Part shown: positions 13,641 to 64,000 of the stretch, piece by piece
How positions within the stretch are numbered: the stretch's first letter is position 1
Layout: each line of letters starts with the position of its first letter
Assembly (NCBI GenBank): GCA_965235115.1
Contig: OZ249441.1
Coordinates: 6,634,001 to 6,698,000, forward strand
From: Laetmonice hystrix
Taxonomy: Eukaryota
Reading direction: 5' to 3'
DNA length: 64,000 bases
The notes under the pieces: model-generated
Told to the model about the DNA's origin: nothing
Seen by the model: only the letters and a program-made list of their open reading frames with translations
Databases searched by the model: none
Program-made: the position numbers and the translations under genes

Positions 13641-13734
13641 ACCGATTTATGGCCGGTTTTGAGATATGGATTTTTCTCCATAGTTTTCCTATGGAGAAAC
13701 ATCGGCTGTATCTCAAAATCGGCCGTAAATCGGT
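13641..13734. repeat. Nested inverted repeat (hairpin), probably a MITE or Helitron-derived fragment
   Basis: accgatttatggccggttttgagata pairs with tatctcaaaatcggccgtaaatcggt; inner ttctccatag pairs with ctatggagaa. Confidence 0.6.
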
Positions 13735-14211
13735 ATTTGGGCAGCCTACTGGTGATGAGTGTGAAATGAGGGGTCACAGACCCAGTTGGAAAGCTATTTC
13801 GAAATGAAGCGATCATATTAACTCGGTAACCTCCACGGCGACCAGCTTGACCTTCCCAATACCATGTATATAAAGGTTTGACCTTCTCACGGAGAAAGGT
13901 GTTATCAAAATATCTCTCTTTCACATCAATCCCATGCCGCTGAACCCGATACATTTTGAACAAAACTCACGGGTAAACATTAAATTTGTCCGTAAGCACA
14001 CACCAATCTATCATATGACAACTTACAAGGAATTCAAACTGTCCGTATAATATACTCGGATGATATCACTGGTATAATCCAGTGTTTATCACTACGGGGT
14101 TTTACTCTATAGAAAAGATAATATTACTCTGTCCGGAGATCATAGACTTCTTATCTCCGTAAGAACTAGGCTACTCTCCCTTTATGTTAACGTTGTTTAA
14201 TGATATTAACA

Positions 14212-17010
14212 CGTGTACCTTCTGTGCCCTGTCTGTAATGTGACAAGTTTCCCGCTCCTGTAGGCCCTGTCTCCATACCTTCTGTGCCCTGTCTGTAATG
14301 TGACAAGTTTCCCGCTCCTGTAGGCCCTGTCTCCATACCTTCTGTGCCCTGTCTGTAATGTGACAAGTTTCCCGCTCCTGTAGGCCCTGTCTCCAGACCT
14401 TCTGTGCCCTGTCTGTAATGTGACAAGTTTCCCGCTCCTGTAGGCCCTGTCTCCATACCTTCTGTGCCCTGTCTGTAATGTGACAAGTTTCCTGCTCCTG
14501 TAGGCCCTGTCTCCATACCTTCTGTGCCCTGTCTGTAATGTGACAAGTTTCCCGCTCCTGTAGGCCCTGTCTCCATACCTTCTGTGCCCTGTCTGTAATG
14601 TGACAAGTTTCCCGCTCCTGTAGGCCCTGTCTCCATACCTTCTGTGCTCTGTCTGTAATGTGACAAGTTTCCCGCTCCTGTAGGCCCTGTCTCCATACCT
14701 TCTGTGCCCTGTCTGTAATGTGACAAGTTTCCCGCTCCTGTAGGCCCTGTCTCCATACCTTCTGTGCCCTGTCTGTAATGTGACAAGTTTCCCGCTCCTG
14801 TAGGCCCTGTCTCCATACCTTCTGCGCCCTGTCTGTAATGTGACAAGTTTCCCGCTCCTGTAGGCCCTGTCTCCATACCTTCTGTGCCCTGTCTGTAATG
14901 TGACAAGTTTCCTGCTCCTGTAGGCCCTGTCTCCATACCTTCTGTGCCCTGTCTGTAATGTGACAAGTTTCCCGCTCCTGTAGGCCCTGTCTCCATACCT
15001 TCTGTGCCCTGTCTGTAATGTGACAAGTTTCCCGCTCCTGTAGGCCCTGTCTCCATACCTTCTGTGCCCTGTCTGTAATGTGACAAGTTTCCTGCTCCTG
15101 TAGGCCCTGTCTCCATACCTTCTGTGCCCTGTCTGTAATGTGACAAGTTTCCCGCTCCTGTAGGCCCTGTCTCCATACCTTCTGTGCCCTGTCTGTAATG
15201 TGACAAGTTTCCTGCTCCTGTAGGCCCGGTCTCCATACCTTCTGCGCCCTGTCTGTAATGTGACAAGTTTCCCGCTCCTGTAGGCCCTGTCTCCACACCT
15301 TCTGCGCCCTGTCTGTAATGTGACAAGTTTCCTGCTCCTGTAGGCCCTGTCTCCACACCTTCTGTGCCCTGTCTGTAATGTGACAAGTTTCCCGCTCCTG
15401 TAGGCCCTGTCTCCATACCTTCTGTGCCCTGTCTGTAATGTGACAAGTTTTCTGCTCCTGTAGGCCCTGTCTCCATACCTTCTGTGCCCTGTCTGTAATG
15501 TGACAAGTTTCCCGCTCCTGTAGGCCCTGTCTCCATACCTTCTGCGCCCTGTCTGTAATGTGACAAGTTTCCCGCTCCTGTAGGCCCTGTCTCCATACCT
15601 TCTGTGCCCTGTCTGTAATGTGACAAGTTTCCCGCTCCTGTAGGCCCTGTCTCCATACCTTCTGTGCCCTGTCTGTAATGTGACAAGTTTCCCGCTCCTG
15701 TAGGCCCTGTCTCCATACCTTCTGTGCCCTGTCTGTAATGTGACAAGTTTCCCGCTCCTGTAGGCCCTGTCTCCATACCTTCTGTGCCCTGTCTGTAATG
15801 TGACAAGTTTTCCGCTCCTGTAGGCCCTGTCTCCATACCTTCTGTGCCCTGTCTGTAATGTGACAAGTTTCCTGCTCCTGTAGGCCCTGTCTCCATACCT
15901 TCTGTGCCCTGTCTGTAATGTGACAGGTTTCCTGCTCCTGTAGGCCCTGTTTCCATACCTTCTGTGCCCTGTCTGTAATGTGACAAGTTTCCTGCTCCTG
16001 TAGGCCCTGTCTCCATACCTTCTGTGCCCTGTCTGTAATGTGACAAGTTTCCCGCTCCTGTAGGCCCTGTCTCCATACCTTCTGTGCCCTGTCTGTAATG
16101 TGACAAGTTTCCCGCTCCTGTAGGCCCTGTCTCCATACCTTCTGTACCCTGTCTGTAATGTGACAAGTTTCCTGCTCCTGTAGGCCCTGTCTCCATACAT
16201 TCTGCGCCCTGTCTGTAATGTGACAAGTTTCCCGCTCCTGTAGGCCCTGTCTCCATACATTCTGCGCCCTGTCTGTAATGTGACAAGTTTCCTGCTCCTG
16301 TAGGCCCTGTCTCCATACCTTCTGTGCCCTGTCTGTAATGTGACAAGTTTCCCGCTCCTGTCAGCCCTGTCTCCATACCTTCTGTGCCCTGTCTGTAATG
16401 TGACAAGTTTCCCGCTCCTGTAGGCCCTGTCTCCATACCTTCTGTGCCCTGTCTGTAATGTGACAAGTTTCCCGCTCCTGTAGGCCCTGTCTCCATACCT
16501 TCTGTGCCCTGTCTGTAATGTGACAAGTTTCCCGCTCCTGTAGGCCCTGTCTCCATACCTTCTGTGCCCTGTCTGTAATGTGACAAGTTTCCCGCTCCTG
16601 TAGGCCCTGTCTCCATACCTTCTGTGCCCTGTCTGTAATGTGACAAGTTTCCCGCTCCTGTAGGCCCTGTCTCCATACCTTCTGTGCCCTGTCTGTAATG
16701 TGACAAGTTTCCCGCTCCTGTAGGCCCTGTCTCCATACCTTCTGTGCCCTGTCTGTAATGTGACAAGTTTCCTGCTCCTGTAGGCCCTGTCTCCATACCT
16801 TCTGTGCCCTGTCTGTAATGTGACAAGTTTCCTGCTCCTGTAGGCCCTGTCTCCATACCTTCTGTGCCCTGTCTGTAATGTGACAAGTTTCCTGCTCCTG
16901 TAGGCCCTGTCTCCATACCTTCTGTGCCCTGTCTGTAATGTGACAAGTTTCCCGCTCCTGTAGGCCCTGTCTCCATACCTTCTGTGCCCTGTCTGTAATG
17001 TGACAAGTTT
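14212..17010. repeat. 60-bp minisatellite, about 47 near-identical copies, abutting the acceptor of ABCB1 coding exon 1
   Basis: Exact 60-bp period with no indels (tctgtgccctgtctgtaatgtgacaagtttcccgctcctgtaggccctgtctccatacct); runs into tttcag|gagtgATG at 17008-17021. Confidence 0.97.
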
Positions 17011-17018
17011 CAGGAGTG

Positions 17019-42479
<25,461 letters not shown>

Positions 42480-44989
42480 ACAGGCTCTACTACCGGTTCA
42501 ACACCGCCCAACAAAAACAGACCTAGACAGGCTCTACTACCGGTTCAACACCGCCCAACAAAAACAGACCTAGACAGGCTCTACTACCGGTTCAACACCG
42601 CCCAACAAAAACAGACCTAGACAGGCTCTACTACCGGCTCAACACCGCCCAACAAAAACAAACCTAGACAGGCTCTACTACCGGCTCGACACCGCCCAAC
42701 AAAAACAGGCCTAGACAGGCTACCAGCTCGACACCGCCCACCAAAAACAGACCTAGACAGGCTACCAGCTCGACACCGCCTAACAAAAACAGGCCTAGAC
42801 AGGCTACCAGCTCGACACCGCCCACCAAAAACAGACCTAGACAGGTTCTACTATAGCGGCTCAACACCGCCCAACAAAAACAGACGTAGACAGGCTCTAC
42901 TACCGGGTCAACACCGCCCAACAAAAACAGACCTAGACAGGCTCTACTACCAGCTCGACACCGCCCAACAAAAACAGACCTAGACAGGCTCTACTACCGG
43001 CTCAACACCGCCCAACAAAAACAAACCTAGACAGGCTCTACTACCGGCTCGACACCGCCCACCAAAAACAGGCCTAGACAGGCTACCAGCTCGACACCGC
43101 CCACCAAAAACAGACCTAGACAGGCTACCAGCTCGACACCGCCCAACAAAAACAGGCCTAGACAGGCTACCAGCTCGACACCGCCCACCAAAACAGACCT
43201 AGACAGGTTCTACTAGCGGCTCAACACCGCCCAACAAAAACAGACGTAGACAGGCTCTACTACCGGCTCGACACCGCCCAACAAAAACAGACCTAGACAG
43301 GCTCTACTACCAGCTCGACACCACCCAACAAAAACAGACCTAGACAGGTTCTACTAGCGGCTCAACACCGCCCAACAAAAACAGACGTAGACAGGCTCTA
43401 CTACCGGCTCGACACCACCCAACAAAAACAAACCCAGACAGGCTCTACTACCGGCTCGACACCGCCCAACAAAAACAAACCTAGACAGGCTCTACTACCG
43501 GCTCGACACCGCCCAACAAAAACAGACGTAGACAGGCTCTACTACCGGCTCAACACCGCACAACAAAAACAAACCTAGACAGGCTCTACTACCGGCTCAA
43601 CACGTTATCGGCTCATTACTGCCAAACAAAGCAGATCTAGACAGGCCGGTGTGAGAAAATCCCCCCCCCCCCGAATACAGAAATTACGCATTGATAATTC
43701 TTTTATTTTTTCCCATATATTAGGACAATGTAAATGCTCTCTTCATACAACTTATTCTTATATTTTAAACGGCGATGACTAAAGACCTAAGGGAGTGCCT
43801 GATCTAGGTCGTTGAGGCGAGTCTCAGTTCGGCCCTTATAGGGGCTTTGATGTTGGTGGTGTCGCCTGTTCCTTGGTATATTTATTATCATACAGGTTTG
43901 ATAACTTCCGCAGAGACGAATTCATTCAGCTGTTTTTCTTCTTATGATCTGTCGGAGTTTAAAAAGGCGACTTTACTCTGCACACGTCATGACATACATC
44001 AAACATGTACAAGTGGTATTTGAAGGAACAGGACATACATGGACTCTAAAAGAAGGATCTCGGCAGCTACCATGACGTCATAACAGGCCTGACAGTTTTC
44101 TTCGCCTTTAATCTCTTACAACCGACTTTTAAAAAATAATTAATCTTTCTATAAGTAATGATTATGGAGCGGTTTTCAATATTGGAAAAAAAGTAAAAAA
44201 GTAAAAAGTAAAAAAGTGAAAAAATAAAAAAGTGAAAAAGGGGGGCGGGCGGTTCGGACTTGACCAGTCATCTCTTACCTGGTAGTTTGAATCAATAACC
44301 TCCCACACCTGTTATCCTATCAAGGTCAGTAACAGTCTCGATAACACGGACAGGTGATAAGCTTTCCCACGACTGTCTGTTCGATTCGGTGACACACACA
44401 GGCCGTGGGAGGAGATCCCCCATGGTATTAAATCCACGAATCGTGGCTATATGTGTATACTGTCAAAAGTAGAAATCGTTCAGTTTACTTTGGAGTGTAA
44501 TTGCCACCAGACGCACTGGTAAAAGATAAAATAGCTCCGGCGTGTTTTTAGAGATCTAGATATAAATGTACATGTATTTGTAGATATACCTATATACTAT
44601 TTTCCCAACAGCCGTCCCCGGATATACCTCAAACATGCGAATAAGTGTCGTTTATAAACATGTAAAAACACCACGGCGTCTCACGTTCTGTTCAGACAGA
44701 AGGAAAGACAGAAAGAAAGATGTGGACACATGTACGAACAGCATTTCGTTTTCTGCAGACAGACAGACAGACAGAAAGAAAGAAAGAAAGAAATGAATCA
44801 CATACTCAGACCGATGGCTTTAAAAGTTCCTTAAAACAAACCCAAATTCAGATTACACATTTATTATCCTACAAAAGGTTCCCATAATGAACTAGGCACA
44901 CCGAGTCAGTGTTCGCCATATGGAGGACATGCCGTTCCAACATCCTCCCTCTGAGGATGAAGGTAGTTTGTAAAACTTTGTTATCACTA

Positions 44990-45121
44990 ACACTAGATGC
45001 TAACACTACTAGATGCTAACACTAATGGATGTTAACACTACTAGATGCTAACACTACTAGATGTTAACACTACTAGATGTTAACACTACTAGATGCTAAC
45101 ACTAATAGATGCTAACACTAA
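44990..45121. repeat. 16-bp tandem repeat, about 8 copies, between the two genes' ends
   Basis: aacactactagatg(c/t)t repeated. Confidence 0.85.
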
Positions 45122-48100
45122 CTTCCTGTGATCACCCTATGCCCTCCCTCCCACCTGATGAAAACATAACAAAACAAGATTGTGTCGTCATCGTTACTAT
45201 AACATGTGGCATGCACTTACACATATACCAAATATACTCTCCGCCATTCTCTACGTGCTAGCTATCACGACGGTTCCGGACAATGACGCTCAGTGACTGG
45301 ACATGTTAGGGTATGGAAACAGAGAGGTCAAACATTCAGAGATTGGAAATGTTATTAAATGGAAACAGTCAATGGCTTTCAATGAAGCTAGCACCTATCG
45401 CTTGCTGACCACCTGACAGATCAGTCGGCAGAGGTTGTGGGGGTCAGTGGCTGCCTGGAGGAGGTGGCGCCGGGTGTGTGTCTGGGGTGTGGCACTAGAT
45501 CAGATATAGGGCTGCCACCCCGGGAACAGTCGGCAAAGGTTGTGGGGGTCAGTGGCCGCCTGGAGGAGGTGGCGCCGGGTATGTGTCTGTGTGTCTGTGG
45601 TGTGGCACTAGATCAGATATAGGGCTGCCACCCCGGGAACAGTCGGCAGAGGTTGTGGGGGTCAGTGGCCGCCTGGAGGAGGTGGCGCCGGGTGTGTGTC
45701 TGTGGTGTGGCACTAGATCAGATATAGGGCTGCCACCCCGGGAACAGTCGGCAGAGGTTGTGGGGGTCAGTGGCCGCCTGGAGGAGGTAGCGCCGGGTAT
45801 GTGTCTGTATGTCTGTGGGGTGGCACTAGATCAGAGGGCTGCCACCCCGGGAACAGTCGGCAGAGGTTGTGGGGGTCAGTGGCTGCCTGGAGGAGGTGGC
45901 GCCGGGTATGTGTCTGTGTGTCTGTGGTGTGGCACTAGATCAGATATAGGGCTGCCACCCCGGGAACAGTCGGCAGAGGTTGTGGGGGTCAGTGGCCGCC
46001 TGGAGGAGGTGGCGCCGGGTGTGTGTCTGTGGTGTGGCACTAGATCAGATATAGGGCTGCCACCCCGGGAACAGTCGGCAGAGGTTGTGGGGGTCAGTGG
46101 CTGCCTGGAGGAGGTGGCGCCGGGTGTCTGTGTGTCTGTGGTGTGGCACTAGATCAGATATAGGGCTGCCACCCCGGGAACAGTCGGCAGAGGTTGTGGG
46201 GGTCAGTGGCTGCCTGGAGGAGGTGGCGCCGGGTATGTGTCTGTGTGTCTGGGGTGTGGCACTAGATCAGATATAGGGCTGCCACCCCGGGAACAGTCGG
46301 CAGAGGTCGTGGGGGTCAGTGGCTGCCTGGAGGAGGTGGCGCCGGGTATGTGTCTGTGTGTCTGTGGTGTGGCACTAGATCAGATATAGGGCTGCCACCC
46401 CGGGAACAGTCGGCAGAGGTTGTGGGGGTCAGTGGCCGCCTGGAGGAGGTGGCGCCGGGTGTGTGTCTGTGTGTCTGTGGTGTGGTACTAGATCAGATAT
46501 AGGGCTGCCACCCCGGGAACAGTCGGCAGAGGTTGTAGGGGTCAGTGGCCGCCTGGAGGAGGTGGCGCCGGGTATGTGTCTGTGTGTCTGTGGTGTGGCA
46601 CTAGATCAGATATAGGGCTGCCACCCCGGGAACAGTCGGCAGAGGTTGTAGGGGTCAGTGGCTGCCTGGAGGAGGTGGCGCCGGGTGTCTGTGTGTCTGT
46701 GGTGTGGCACTAGATCAGATATAGGGCTGCCACCCCGGGAACAGTCGGCAGAGGTTGTGGGGGTCAGTGGCTGCCTGGAGGAGGTGGCGCCGGGTGTCTG
46801 TGTGTCTGTGGTGTGGCACTAGATCAGATATAGGGCTGCCACCCCGGGAACAGTCGGCAGAGGTTGTGGGGGTCAGTGGCTGCCTGGAGGAGGTGGCGCC
46901 GGGTGTCTGTGTGTCTGTGGTGTGGCACTAGATCAGATATAGGGCTGCCACCCCGGGAACAGTCGGCAGAGGTTGTAGGGGTCAGTGGCCGCCTGGAGGA
47001 GGTGGCGCCGGGTGTCTGTGTGTCTGTGGTGTGGCACTAGATCAGATATAGGGCTGCCACCCCGGGAACAGTCGGCAGAGGTTGTGGGGGTCAGTGGCCG
47101 CCTGGAGGAGGTGGCGCCGGGTGTCTGTGTGTCTGTGGTGTGGCACTAGATCAGATATAGGGCTGCCACCCCGGGAACAGTCGGCAGAGGTTGTGAGGGT
47201 CAGTGGCCGCCTGGAGGAGGTGGCGCCGGGTGTCTGTGTGTCTGTGGTGTGGCACTAGATCAGATATAGGGCTGCCACCCCGGGAACAGTCGGCAGAGGT
47301 TGTGGGGGTCAGTGGCTGCCTGGAGGAGGTGGCGCCGGGTGTCAGTGTGTCTGTGGTGTGGTACTAGATCAGATATAGGGCTGCCACCCCGGGAACAGTC
47401 GGCACAGGTTGTAGGGGTCAGTGGCTGCCTGGAGGAGGTGGCGCCGGGTGTCTGTGTGTCTGTGGTGTGGCACTAGATCAGATATAGGGCTGCCACCCCG
47501 GGAACAGTCGGCAGAGGTTGTGGGGGTCAGTGGCTGCCTGGAGGAGGTGGCGCCGGGTGTCAGTGTGTCTGTGGTGTGGTACTAGATCAGATATAGGGCT
47601 GCCACCCCGGGAACAGTCGGCAGAGGTTGTGGGGGTCAGTGGCTGCCTGGAGGAGGTGGCGCCGGGTGTCTGTGTGTCTGTGGTGTGGTACTAGATCAGA
47701 TATAGGGCTGCCACCCCGGGAACAGTCGGCAGAGGTTGTGGGGGTCAGTGGCTGCCTGGAGGAGGTGGCGCCGGGTGTCTGTGTGTCTGTGGTGTGGTAC
47801 TAGATCAGATATAGGGCTGCCATCCCGGGAACAGTCGGCAGAGGTTGTGGGGGTCAGTGGCTGCCTGGAGGAGGTGGCGCCGGGTGTCTGTGTGTCTGTG
47901 GTGTGGTACTAGATCAGATATAGGGCTGCCACCCCGGGAACAGTCGGCACAGGTTGTGGGGGTCAGTGGCTTCCTGAAGGAGGTGGCGCCGGGTGTGTGT
48001 CTGTGTGTCTGTGGTGTGGCACTAGATCAGATATAGGGCTGCCACCCCGGGAACAGTCGGCAGAGGTTGTGGGGGTCAGTGGCCGCCTGGAGGAGGTGGC

Positions 48101-48138
48101 GCCGGTATGTGTCTGTGTGTCTGTGGTGTGGCACTAGA

Positions 48139-64000
<15,862 letters not shown>

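Noticed and set aside
14171-17006. Three overlapping long minus-strand ORFs (395, 684, 939 aa) of 20-aa repeats
   Set aside because: They arise because the 60-bp unit lacks stops on that strand. All three frames are open, variants show no codon bias, and they are antisense to ABCB1. Not called as genes.

Overview
Eukaryotic (metazoan) genomic DNA, most likely from a marine invertebrate (lophotrochozoan-like repeat content; taxon not determinable from the window). Two intron-rich genes lie tail-to-tail. A complete ABCB1/P-glycoprotein-type ABC transporter is on + (27 coding exons, 17019-42479, about 1336 aa). The 3' portion of ATM is on - (25 exons, 64000 down to 48139: FAT, PI3K-like kinase, FATC). 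ABCB1 intron 11 carries an 8676-bp antisense Gypsy-type LTR element (913-bp LTRs identical by eye, GTAG target duplication). It encodes Gag plus protease and an orphan ORF but no recognisable RT, RNase H or integrase. The first 14 kb holds a decayed Academ-like transposase, several MITEs and a tRNA-derived SINE. The most striking pattern is that 13 tandem arrays or duplications have a unit that is a copy of a functional exon boundary (splice donor, splice acceptor or stop codon) of ABCB1 or ATM. They are amplified into the intron or 3' UTR while the CDS stays intact. All exon calls were made by hand from translation and splice-phase consistency; there is no RNA evidence.
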